Assembly: GCA_030695905.1 (NCBI GenBank)
Contig: JAUYOL010000015.1
Coordinates: 8,518 to 72,517, forward strand
Source: Candidatus Omnitrophota bacterium
Lineage (GTDB): Bacteria > Omnitrophota > Gorgyraeia > 2-01-FULL-45-10
Direction: 5' to 3'
DNA length: 64,000 bases
Shown: positions 36,557 to 45,554 of the stretch, in pieces
How positions within the stretch are numbered: position 1 is the stretch's first letter
How the letters are laid out: every line of letters begins with the position of its first letter
Notes under the pieces: generated by a model
Told to the model about the DNA's origin: nothing
The model's database searches: none
Seen by the model: only the letters and a program-made list of their open reading frames with translations
Program-made: the position numbers and the translations under genes

Positions 36557-37677
36557 TATCTGTCTATCTCTCCCATGATGATATCGAGGCTGCCCAAGAC
36601 GCAGACGATGTCAGCTATTTTTAATCCGCTTATTAATTCCGGCAAGACAGCCAGATTGGAAAAGGAAGGGCTCCTTATCTTTAATCTGTATGGATACATA
36701 GATCCATCGCTTACAATGAAAAAACCCAATTCGCCTCGCGGATTTTCCGTCCTCATATATGCTTCGCCCGCGGCCGGTTTATGGATGCGTCCTGCCTTTG
36801 CGGTAGGGTCACCTTCCGGCAGCGCTTCGATGGCCTGTTCGATGATCCTCAAGCTCTGGCGTATCTCCTCTATCCTCACCTTGTATCTATCCCAGGCGTC
36901 GCCGTTTTCTCCTACGGGTATATCAAATTTGAACTTATCATATACAAGATACGGCTCGTCCCGTCTTAAGTCCCATTTTACGCCGGACGCGCGCAGATTA
37001 GGCCCGGTTACGCTGTAATTTATCGCAAGGTCTTTAGGAAGCACACCTATGTGTTTGGATCTGGCGAGAAATATCGTATTGTAGGTAAGGAGCCAATCAT
37101 AGTCATCGACTTTTGACCGCATATATTTGATGAATTTCTTTATATCTTCATCTATGCCTTTAGGAAGATCGAACTGAACCCCGCCTACGCGCGTATAGTT
37201 ATAGGTAAGGCGGTTTCCGCATATCTTGTCAAATATATCTACTATCTTTTCGCGCTCACGGAAACAATAGAATAAGGGGGTCGCGAAAGCTCCCAGGTCC
37301 TGGGCAAAAGTGCCGACCGCGAGCAGATGGCTTGCGATCCTGTTGAGTTCGGCTATAATGACACGTATATATTTTGCGCGCTGTGGGATCTCCAATTTCA
37401 TCAGTTTTTCAACGGCCATTACATAGGCAAGGTTATTATTCATGGATGCGACATAGTCAAGCCTGTCTGTAAATGGGATGAACTGCGTATAGGTGCGGTT
37501 TTCGGCTATTTTTTCCATGGAGCGGTGCAGATAACCGATGTGAGTGGTGCAGCCTTTGATCATCTCCCCGTCCAGTTTCAATTCAAGCGAAAGGACGCCG
37601 TGCGTGGAGGGATGCTGGGGTCCCATATTGATAAGGAACTCCTCGGTGCATATATCTTTTGTCTGTATCGTATCCAT
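36556..37677 (-). CDS. nuoD: NADH-quinone oxidoreductase subunit D
   Basis: NMGPQHPSTHG, RLDY, ELNRIASH, GEIDR. Confidence 0.95.
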   Translation of the reverse strand: MDTIQTKDICTEEFLINMGPQHPSTHGVLSLELKLDGEMIKGCTTHIGYLHRSMEKIAENRTYTQFIPFTDRLDYVASMNNNLAYVMAVEKLMKLEIPQRAKYIRVIIAELNRIASHLLAVGTFAQDLGAFATPLFYCFREREKIVDIFDKICGNRLTYNYTRVGGVQFDLPKGIDEDIKKFIKYMRSKVDDYDWLLTYNTIFLARSKHIGVLPKDLAINYSVTGPNLRASGVKWDLRRDEPYLVYDKFKFDIPVGENGDAWDRYKVRIEEIRQSLRIIEQAIEALPEGDPTAKAGRIHKPAAGEAYMRTENPRGELGFFIVSDGSMYPYRLKIRSPSFSNLAVLPELISGLKIADIVCVLGSLDIIMGEIDR

Positions 37678-37685
37678 AGGCTTAA

Positions 37686-38138
37686 TTATAATCTTGGCTT
37701 TGCGATGAATTCCGGATTGGAATAATTTTTTCGCAGAGGATATTCTTTCCAGTCATAGGGATTAAGTATCCGGCGAAGGTCCGGGTGGTTTAAAAAATTG
37801 ACTCCGAACAGGTCGTATACCTCGCGCTCCAGCCAGTTGGCCGATTTCCAGATCCCTGTTAAGCTGCCAACATGCAGATCATCATAAGTTAAATATATTT
37901 TAAGACTTATAGCATGATGCTCGCGGATGGAATAGAGGGTATAATTTAACTCTATCTTTTCTTTTGTGTCTATCGCGGTTATGCAATGAAGATTATCAAA
38001 GGCAAGCTTGCCGCTTTTTAAATATTGCGCCACATCCAAAAGCGATTCTTTGGATATAACGATAGAACCGCTTACCGGCCCTTCTAAAGCGTCCGGAAAT
38101 TTATTTATAATAGCTGCGGATATTTCACTTGAGAGCAT
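37686..38138 (-). CDS. nuoC: NADH-quinone oxidoreductase subunit C
   Basis: [26 protein letters not shown]. Confidence 0.93.
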   Translation of the reverse strand: MLSSEISAAIINKFPDALEGPVSGSIVISKESLLDVAQYLKSGKLAFDNLHCITAIDTKEKIELNYTLYSIREHHAISLKIYLTYDDLHVGSLTGIWKSANWLEREVYDLFGVNFLNHPDLRRILNPYDWKEYPLRKNYSNPEFIAKPRL

Positions 38139-38640
38139 CTTTCTCTTTCCTTATTTTTTCCTGTAGTTTCATTATCCCGAAGAGCAGATTTTCAGGGCGG
38201 GGAGGGCAGCCGGGTATATATACATCTACCGGTATACCGAGGGCATCCGTGCCCTTCGTAACAGAATAGGTGTCATAGTAGAATATGCCTCCCGATATGG
38301 CGCAATTTCCCATGGCAATAACATATTTAGGTTCAGGCATCTGCGCGTAGAGACGCTTGATACAATCGTTCATCTTGACGCATATTGTACCTGCTACTAC
38401 CATGACATCGCACTGCCTTGGGCTCGCGCGGAATACTCCCGCGCCGAACCTGTCTATATCGAAACGTGAAGCGCCTGTAGCTATCATCTCTATGGCGCAG
38501 CAGGCCAGCCCGAACGTCATCGGCCACAAGGAAGAGGCCTTGCCCCACTTTAAAAGACTCTCGCTCGTTGTGAGAAATAATCCGCCTCCGGGCATCTTAT
38601 TTATCAGTTTTGCTGCCGGTATTTTTTCGATTACTGCCAT
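38125..38640 (-). CDS. nuoB: NADH-quinone oxidoreductase subunit B
   Basis: [28 protein letters not shown]. Confidence 0.95.
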   Translation of the reverse strand: MAVIEKIPAAKLINKMPGGGLFLTTSESLLKWGKASSLWPMTFGLACCAIEMIATGASRFDIDRFGAGVFRASPRQCDVMVVAGTICVKMNDCIKRLYAQMPEPKYVIAMGNCAISGGIFYYDTYSVTKGTDALGIPVDVYIPGCPPRPENLLFGIMKLQEKIRKEKDALK

Positions 38641-38990
38641 TCGAAAACTCCTTTTTTCCAGGCGTATATCAATCCGAATACAAGTATAGCTATAAATATC
38701 ATCATTTCAATGTATGAAACTATCCCGAGGTCCCGGAATACGGTAGCCCAGGGGACTAAAAACAAGACCTCTATGTCGAATATTACGAATAAGAGGGCGA
38801 CAAGATAGTAACTGACGTTAAATTGCACCCTCGCGCACCCTTTTAATACCTCGCCGCATTCGTAGGTAGCGTTTTTTTCGGGGCTCGGCGCCCGCGGACG
38901 GAGCAGCCATGACACAATAAACGCGCCCGCCACGAATACGATCCCTAAAATGAAAAAAAGGCCTACAATGCCGTAATTTCCGATAATCAT
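38631..38990 (-). CDS. nuoA: NADH-quinone oxidoreductase subunit A
   Basis: [20 protein letters not shown]. Confidence 0.95.
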   Translation of the reverse strand: MIIGNYGIVGLFFILGIVFVAGAFIVSWLLRPRAPSPEKNATYECGEVLKGCARVQFNVSYYLVALLFVIFDIEVLFLVPWATVFRDLGIVSYIEMMIFIAILVFGLIYAWKKGVFEWQ

Positions 38991-38998
38991 ATTTAAAT

Positions 38999-39026
38999 AT
39001 TATATCCATTATCGTTTTATATGCAA
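38999..39026 (-). promoter_or_regulatory. Sigma70 promoter of the nuo operon (near-leaderless)
   Basis: Minus strand TTGCAT-16 bp-TATAAT, with only 8 nt between the -10 and the nuoA ATG. Confidence 0.6.
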
Positions 39027-39051
39027 GTATTAAAATTAGCCACCATTTTTA

Positions 39052-39080
39052 TTGCGAAATTGGTTTGAGTGTAATATAAT
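39052..39080 (+). promoter_or_regulatory. Sigma70 promoter of the SDR-menA-haem operon
   Basis: TTGCGA-17 bp-TATAAT. Confidence 0.6.
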
Positions 39081-39096
39081 CTATAGCCTATTTAAT

Positions 39097-40593
39097 ATGG
39101 CTACCACGTGGGATAATAAAGACCTTTTCTGTAGTGATCTCCCTACTAAATTCCAGCCCGGCATAGGCAGGATTTTAGTAACAGGCGCTTCCGGATATAT
39201 AGGTGGAAGGCTGGTTCCGGAACTTCTGGGAAGAGGGTATAAGGTTCGCGCCATGGTGCGCAGCGCGCCGGATACTTACAGGACGCTTTGGCCACATGCG
39301 GAAGTGGCGGTAGCAGATGTGCAGAATATCGATAGTTTAAGAGCGGCGCTTGATAACATAGATACGGCTTATTACCTGATTCATTCGCTGCGCCTTGGTC
39401 CTAAGAGATTCGCGCAGGCCGATATAAATGCGGCCAGGAATTTCAGTAAAGTAGCCGAAGAGAAACACGTCAGCAGGATTATCTACCTCGGCGGCCTTGG
39501 CGATGTCCGTAGCTCCCTATCGTCTCATTTACGCAGCCGAGCCGAAGTAGCCAGAGAAATCAGGCGCAGGAAGACTCCGGTAACGGTTCTCCGGGCGGCG
39601 ATAATTGTCGGAAGCGGAAGCGCCTCATATGAGATCATTCAGCATCTGGTAAGGGAGCTTCCGATAATTTTTATTCCGCGCTGGGCAAAAAACAGATGCC
39701 AGCCGATAGCCGTACGAGATATTATAAAGTATCTTGTGGGTGTATTAGAGACTCCGGAAACGTCCGGCCAGTCTTTTGATATAGGCGGCAAGGATGTTCT
39801 GACATACGAAATGATGCTCAAGACACTGGCAGAGATACGCCGCAAAAAGATCTTTTTTATACCCGTACCGTTTTCCAGTATCCGATTTTATGCCTATGGC
39901 GCGAGTCTTCTAACGCCGGTTCCGGAAGCGATTACTTCGTGCCTGATGGAGGGGTTAAAGAACGAAGTTATCTGCCAGGATAATAGCATAAGAGGGCTTA
40001 TACCGTTTGAGCCGCTTTCGTATAAAGAGGCGATAATAAGGGCCATGTCCCGGGAAGAGCAAGATAAGGTATATACGAGATGGTCCGATGCCTCTACGCC
40101 GGCCTACGAATTGGCATTGAAACTCGACGAACTTAAGGGCATGCCTACCTACACTGCCAGCGACTCGATCACGACAGCAAAAGACGCCTCCCGGTTATTC
40201 GGGTCTATATGCAGGATAGGAGGAAAAGAAGGGTGGTTTCACAGTAACTGGTTGTGGCGCTTAAGGGGAGGCATAGACCGCGTTTTGCTTGGAGTAGGTT
40301 CTGCCCGCGGGAGGAGATCCGATTCGAGCCTAAAGATCAACGATGTAATAGACTTTTGGCGCATAGAAGACTTGCAGGAAAATAGACGGCTTCTGCTGCG
40401 CGCCGAGATGCGCCTGCCGGGGAAAGCATGGTTAGAGTTCAACATTAAAGAAGATGGTCCAGATAGGGTGTTGAATGTCACAGCGTACTACGACACACAT
40501 AGCCTTTTTGGCAGGATATACTGGTACATGTGCCTGCCTTTGCACCATTTTATTTTTCATAATTTGATCAAAGAAATAGAGAAAAGGAGTTAG
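39097..40593 (+). CDS. Atypical SDR oxidoreductase with C-terminal DUF2867 (YbjT-like)
   Basis: TGASGYIG, YYLIHS, HLRSR, IDFWRI, LLLRAEMRLPGKAWLEF; start taken at ATG 39097. Confidence 0.85.
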   Translation: MATTWDNKDLFCSDLPTKFQPGIGRILVTGASGYIGGRLVPELLGRGYKVRAMVRSAPDTYRTLWPHAEVAVADVQNIDSLRAALDNIDTAYYLIHSLRLGPKRFAQADINAARNFSKVAEEKHVSRIIYLGGLGDVRSSLSSHLRSRAEVAREIRRRKTPVTVLRAAIIVGSGSASYEIIQHLVRELPIIFIPRWAKNRCQPIAVRDIIKYLVGVLETPETSGQSFDIGGKDVLTYEMMLKTLAEIRRKKIFFIPVPFSSIRFYAYGASLLTPVPEAITSCLMEGLKNEVICQDNSIRGLIPFEPLSYKEAIIRAMSREEQDKVYTRWSDASTPAYELALKLDELKGMPTYTASDSITTAKDASRLFGSICRIGGKEGWFHSNWLWRLRGGIDRVLLGVGSARGRRSDSSLKINDVIDFWRIEDLQENRRLLLRAEMRLPGKAWLEFNIKEDGPDRVLNVTAYYDTHSLFGRIYWYMCLPLHHFIFHNLIKEIEKRS

Positions 40594-40595
40594 AT

Positions 40596-41519
40596 GTGAA
40601 TTTTAAGATCTGGTTAAAAGCTGTACGAATACCGTTTTTTACAGCGACAGTAATACCCGTGCTTTTCGGATATTTATTGGCATGGCGTGACGGGCATAGT
40701 TTTATATGGCACCGTTTTCTTCTCACGCTTTTCGGTGCAATATTCATTCATGCCGGTACTAATCTGGCAAATGATTATTTTGACTATCTTGCGGGTTGTG
40801 ACGAAGCCAACCCTACGCCAACGCCGTTCAGCGGAGGGAGCAGAGTGATCCAAAATGGTCAAATCATGCCTAAGAAAATATTATACGCTTCTTTGCTATT
40901 TTTCATCCTGGGTTCCGGAATAGGCCTTTACCTTAATTATATATGCGGCGGGAATGTCATCCTTGTTTTAGGCGCAATAGGTGTTTTCTTTGGATTCTTT
41001 TACAGCGCCCGTCCGTTCAAGATAGGGTATGGCGGTTTCGGCGAACTCGCCACAGGCATAGGATTCGGGCCGCTTATGGTAATGGGCGCGTATTATGTGG
41101 GAGCGCAGCAGTTAACCTTCAGGATATTTTTTGCCTCCATGCCGATCGGTATCCTGATCGCCCTGGTGTTATTTATAAACGAATTTCCTGATTATATAGG
41201 GGATAAGGCGGTAGGAAAACGTACGTGGGTCGTGATTTTAGGCAAAAAGAACGCGATTTTTATTTATTATATACTGCTTGCGGCAGTATATGTTATAATA
41301 ACAGCCTTAGCGTTGGCTAAATCTTTACCGTACACCTGCCTTATAGCGGTCCTTAGCTTACCGGTAGCATTCAAGGCGTTCACGGTATCCAGAAATAATT
41401 ATGAAAAGATTCATGAGTTATTGCCGGTTAATGCGGCTACGATAGGGCTGCATTCAATGATAGGCATACTGCTATGTGCCGGGATAGCGATAGATAAGAT
41501 TTTTGTACCCTGGAGATAA
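40596..41519 (+). CDS. menA: 1,4-dihydroxy-2-naphthoate polyprenyltransferase (UbiA family)
   Basis: NLANDYFD, FSGGSRV, GFGE, INEFPDYIGDKAVGKRT. Confidence 0.8.
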   Translation: MNFKIWLKAVRIPFFTATVIPVLFGYLLAWRDGHSFIWHRFLLTLFGAIFIHAGTNLANDYFDYLAGCDEANPTPTPFSGGSRVIQNGQIMPKKILYASLLFFILGSGIGLYLNYICGGNVILVLGAIGVFFGFFYSARPFKIGYGGFGELATGIGFGPLMVMGAYYVGAQQLTFRIFFASMPIGILIALVLFINEFPDYIGDKAVGKRTWVVILGKKNAIFIYYILLAAVYVIITALALAKSLPYTCLIAVLSLPVAFKAFTVSRNNYEKIHELLPVNAATIGLHSMIGILLCAGIAIDKIFVPWR

Positions 41520-41522
41520 AAT

Positions 41523-42506
41523 ATGCAGTTAAAAGAAATTTATAGCCCCATCAGGAATGAGTTGACCGAGATCGAGCGGCTGATCAGGTTTAACATCGAA
41601 AACAGCCCGACCGCGTCGATAGTGAAGATAGGAGGATATCTTCTGCGCTCGGGAGGCAAAAGGCTCCGGCCGGCCCTGGTGACTTTATCCGCAAGGGCCA
41701 CTTTGGAAGGCGATGTTTCGGCGTCTTCAAAACAGGTGCTAAATATAGCTTCAGCGGTTGAATTAATACATCTGGCGTCGTTGTTACATGACGACGTGAT
41801 AGATCATTCAAAGATACGCCATAATAAGCCTACGGTTAATGCCAAATGGGGCGAGGATGTGGCAATTGTCCTGGGCGACTATCTCTATTCAATAGGCTTT
41901 GACCTGATATCGTCCTGCAGAAACCCGGATGTCCTTGACTGTATAAGCCGGTCTACTCGCATGATGTGCGAGGGTGAGCTTACGCAGGTTTGCGAAAGGG
42001 ACAATCTCGACATATTGAAAGAACGGTACATAACTATAGTGAAGAATAAAACAGCCAATCTGTTCGCGGCATGTTGTCAGGCCGGCGTACTGGCTGTCGG
42101 CAGACACACCGCGCTGGGTATGCTAAAAGAATATGGGCTGAATTTCGGGATAGCGTTCCAGATCGTAGATGATTCGCTCGACCTGATCGGTGAAATAAAG
42201 GATCTGGGGAAAGTCCCGGGCGCTGATTTTAAGATGGGCGAGTTGACCATGCCTATATTGAACCTGCTTTCTGAAACCGAAGATAAAAGATTGGTCCGTA
42301 AACTCATTGCGCAGAAAGACAGCAAAAGGGCATTCAAAGATATAAGGAAGATGTTTATCAATTCCGGCGCGCTTACAAAGACGATAGACGATGTCCATCT
42401 CTACGCCGAAAAGGCGAAGAAGAGCCTGCGCGGATTAGCGGATTCTTCGTTCAAGCACAGCCTGTGCGCCCTGGCCGATTTTGCTGTTGATAGGATAAAG
42501 GCATGA
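41523..42506 (+). CDS. Polyprenyl diphosphate synthase
   Basis: GGKRLRP, LHDDVID, GDYL, KTA, FQIVDD. Confidence 0.92.
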   Translation: MQLKEIYSPIRNELTEIERLIRFNIENSPTASIVKIGGYLLRSGGKRLRPALVTLSARATLEGDVSASSKQVLNIASAVELIHLASLLHDDVIDHSKIRHNKPTVNAKWGEDVAIVLGDYLYSIGFDLISSCRNPDVLDCISRSTRMMCEGELTQVCERDNLDILKERYITIVKNKTANLFAACCQAGVLAVGRHTALGMLKEYGLNFGIAFQIVDDSLDLIGEIKDLGKVPGADFKMGELTMPILNLLSETEDKRLVRKLIAQKDSKRAFKDIRKMFINSGALTKTIDDVHLYAEKAKKSLRGLADSSFKHSLCALADFAVDRIKA

Positions 42507-42510
42507 TAAG

Positions 42511-43155
42511 ATGGCCAAATATTATCCCATAAATCTGTGCCTGAAAAATAAAAAATGTCTGGTAATAGGCGCCGGCGTAGTAGCCGAGCGCAAGATAAGA
42601 CGGCTCCTGGGAAGCGGAGCTCTTGTTTCGGTAGTAAGTCCCGTTAGCACCCCCGCTTTAAAGGCTTTATGGAAAAAGAAAAAGATCGTATTTAAAAATA
42701 GGAAATTCGACTTAAGGGATCTATCTGGAGCATACATGGTAATTGCCGCCACAACCGATAGATCAGTAAACTCTGCCGCATCCTCCTATTGCCTCAAAAA
42801 TAATATTTTAGTCAATGTTGTAGATTCCCCTGAAGAATGCAGTTTTATTCTGCCTTCTGTAATAAGAAGAGGGGCCTTGACTATAAGCATATCTACGGAC
42901 GGTGTAAGCCCGGCATTGTCAAAGAAGATCCGCCAGGATCTTGATAAAGTGTTTGGCCCTGAATACGCCGACTATCTACGTATAATGAAAGATCTCCGGC
43001 CCAAGGTGCGGGAAAAAATAAAAAATATGAAATCCAGAAAATGTTTTTTTAAAGAAACGCTTAAAGGGCAAATATTCGATCTTCTCAGGCAGAAGAAGGT
43101 GCGGCAGGTCAAAATAAAGCTGGAGCGTATTTTAAAAAATGCAAAGGTATCTTAA
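42511..43155 (+). CDS. Precorrin-2 dehydrogenase/sirohydrochlorin ferrochelatase (SirC/Met8/CysG N-terminal type)
   Basis: YYPINL, GAGVVAERK, VNVVD.P..CSF, ISTDGVSPAL. Confidence 0.9.
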   Translation: MAKYYPINLCLKNKKCLVIGAGVVAERKIRRLLGSGALVSVVSPVSTPALKALWKKKKIVFKNRKFDLRDLSGAYMVIAATTDRSVNSAASSYCLKNNILVNVVDSPEECSFILPSVIRRGALTISISTDGVSPALSKKIRQDLDKVFGPEYADYLRIMKDLRPKVREKIKNMKSRKCFFKETLKGQIFDLLRQKKVRQVKIKLERILKNAKVS

Positions 43156-43567
43156 TCTTCATATAGCGGCCGCTTATATTAGTTACATCATATTTTTTGT
43201 GGCTTCGGTAGCCGCGGTATTATATATCATACAGGACAACGCCATAAAGAATAAGCGGACAGCCGTTATCTTCAGCCGGCTACCGAGCCTATCTTTTTTA
43301 GACAAGCTTAACTACAGGAGCATAAGTTTAGCGTTTCCCATACTTACGCTCTCGATTTTCTGCGGATTTCTTTGGTCCGAGAATATCCACGGTATCTGCT
43401 GGTGGGGTTATAATTCCCGCCAGTTCTATTCTCTTGTCCTTTGGCTGATCTATGCCCTTATCCTGCATGTAAGATTATCTGCTAAGGTGCGGGGCCGAAA
43501 AGTGGCTCTGCTGTCTATTTTAGCTTTTTTTATAATAATTCTCAGTTTATTCGGTACCTGCCCGTAG
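43139..43567 (+). CDS. Short CcsA/HemX-like membrane protein (C-terminal half only)
   Basis: H..AAY, LPSLSFLD, degenerate WWD loop WSENIHGICWWG; sits between sirC and hemA like hemX. Confidence 0.65.
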   Translation: MQRYLNLHIAAAYISYIIFFVASVAAVLYIIQDNAIKNKRTAVIFSRLPSLSFLDKLNYRSISLAFPILTLSIFCGFLWSENIHGICWWGYNSRQFYSLVLWLIYALILHVRLSAKVRGRKVALLSILAFFIIILSLFGTCP

Positions 43568-43582
43568 TTCGGAGAAATATAT

Positions 43583-44629
43583 ATGGATTTAGTGGTTATT
43601 GGCATAAATCATAAAACCGCCCCTGTTGAGATAAGGGAGAAATTTTCTTTCTCTGCCAGGAATATTACCGAGGCGAATCGTTTGCTTAAGGAAAGTGCTA
43701 TTTTGGAAGAGAGCCTTATCTTGTCTACGTGCAACCGCATGGAGATATACGCTCTTGCGCTCCGGGATAAAGACTATGTGGGTTGCATAAAGAGCTTTCT
43801 GGGCCGGATCCATAATATTGATGTATCGGATTATGAGGATAGAATTTATATTTATAAAGGTAAAAAAGCGGTAGAGCATTTATTCGGAGTTACCGCGGGC
43901 CTTGATTCTATGGTTATCGGGGAGATGGAGATATCAGGCCAGGTTAAGAATGCCTATAAGGATGCCAGAGAAGGAAAAACTACAGGCAAGATATTGAACA
44001 GATTGTTTGAAAAAGCCCTTAATACCGCAAAGAAGATAAGAACTGAAACATCTATCGGGCGGGGGGCTGTTTCCGTGAGTTCAGCTGCGGCTATGCTTGC
44101 GAAAAAAATATTGGGTGACCTGAAGGATAAAACGGCGATGATTGTAGGTGCCGGCGCCGTCGGTGAACAACTGATCGTGTATTTGAAAAAAAACGGCATA
44201 GGTTCTATCCTGGTCGCGAACCGTACTTTGGAAAAGGCGCAAAGTCTCGCCCAAAAGTTCGACGCCACTGCTGTCGCATTCAATGATTTCAGCGAGAGAT
44301 TGATCGATGTGGAGATAGTGGTCGCTTCCACCGGCGCCCCGCATTGTATCATACGCAAAGACGATATAGCGGCTCTGATGCCGAAAAGAAAACAGAGGCC
44401 GCTTTTCATCATCGACCTTGCGGTTCCGCGTGATGTGGAGTCCCAGGTTAACACCATAGACAATTCGTACCTTTATGATATAGACGATCTGCAACGGATA
44501 GTTGATGATAATATAAGCTTAAGGAAAAATGAGCTGGATAACTGTTCCAGGGTCATCGGCAATGCGGCAGATGTCTTCATAGGGTGGATGGCGAGGGAGA
44601 ACATAAGGCATGAGTATAGCGGAAAATAA
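43583..44629 (+). CDS. hemA: Glutamyl-tRNA reductase
   Basis: GINHKTAPVEIRE, STCNRME, GLDSMVIGE, IDLAVPRDV. Confidence 0.95.
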   Translation: MDLVVIGINHKTAPVEIREKFSFSARNITEANRLLKESAILEESLILSTCNRMEIYALALRDKDYVGCIKSFLGRIHNIDVSDYEDRIYIYKGKKAVEHLFGVTAGLDSMVIGEMEISGQVKNAYKDAREGKTTGKILNRLFEKALNTAKKIRTETSIGRGAVSVSSAAAMLAKKILGDLKDKTAMIVGAGAVGEQLIVYLKKNGIGSILVANRTLEKAQSLAQKFDATAVAFNDFSERLIDVEIVVASTGAPHCIIRKDDIAALMPKRKQRPLFIIDLAVPRDVESQVNTIDNSYLYDIDDLQRIVDDNISLRKNELDNCSRVIGNAADVFIGWMARENIRHEYSGK

Positions 44630-45554
44630 ACGTTTTATTATAGGATCGCGATCGAGCAAACTAGCCCTGACGCAGACCAGATACGTCATGGATAAACTGA
44701 AAAAATTTCACCCCTCGCCTAATTTTGAGATAAAGACCATAAAGACGGCGGGGGATAAGATACCGGATGTGGCTTTAAGTAAGATCGCCGACAAGGGGTT
44801 TTTCACTAAAGAGATCGAGGAAGCGTTATTGAGGCGCGAGATCGACCTTGCTGTGCACAGCATGAAAGATTTGCCGACGGAATTGTCGCCACACCTAAAG
44901 ATTGCCGCGGTCACAAAAAGGGAAGATCCGCGCGATGTGCTGGTTTCAAGGGAAGGATTTACTTTAAAGACACTGCCTCAAGGTTCCAGGGTGGGGACTA
45001 GTAGTCTGCGTCGTAGCGCTCAACTGCTATATATAAGAAAAGACCTGAAGATTATGGATCTGCGCGGGAATCTGGATACGCGGATAAATAAATTAGATCG
45101 CGGCATATATGACGCGATAATACTTGCCTATGCCGGCATAAAACGGCTGGGGCTTACGGTAAAGCTCTCGGCTATATCTACGCAAGAGATGTTGCCGCAG
45201 GCAGGCCAGGGCGCATTGGCCATCGAGGCGCATGAGGATAATCACGAAGTCATTAATATGGCCAAGGCGTTAGACGATGCAGATTACCATTTGGCCATCG
45301 ACGCGGAGAGGGCTGTACTCTCAGGCCTGGGAGGCGGTTGCCAGGTGCCGATAGGAGTATATGCCGCAGTAGAAGGTGATATCCTACATGTAACAGCGGG
45401 CGTATTTTCACTTGATGGTAAAATGGCCGTAAGGGATGAAATTTCGGGAAAGAAAATCAATGCTCAGGCCTTAGGCCGGCAATTAGCCGAAAGAGTCCTG
45501 GAGAAAAATGGCGCACAGCAGATTCTTCGGGATTTCAGTAAAGGTATGAGGTGA
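44610..45554 (+). CDS. hemC: Hydroxymethylbilane synthase
   Basis: GSRSSKLA, FTKEIE, VHSMKD, GTSSLRR, GGGCQVP. Confidence 0.96.
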   Translation: MSIAENKRFIIGSRSSKLALTQTRYVMDKLKKFHPSPNFEIKTIKTAGDKIPDVALSKIADKGFFTKEIEEALLRREIDLAVHSMKDLPTELSPHLKIAAVTKREDPRDVLVSREGFTLKTLPQGSRVGTSSLRRSAQLLYIRKDLKIMDLRGNLDTRINKLDRGIYDAIILAYAGIKRLGLTVKLSAISTQEMLPQAGQGALAIEAHEDNHEVINMAKALDDADYHLAIDAERAVLSGLGGGCQVPIGVYAAVEGDILHVTAGVFSLDGKMAVRDEISGKKINAQALGRQLAERVLEKNGAQQILRDFSKGMR

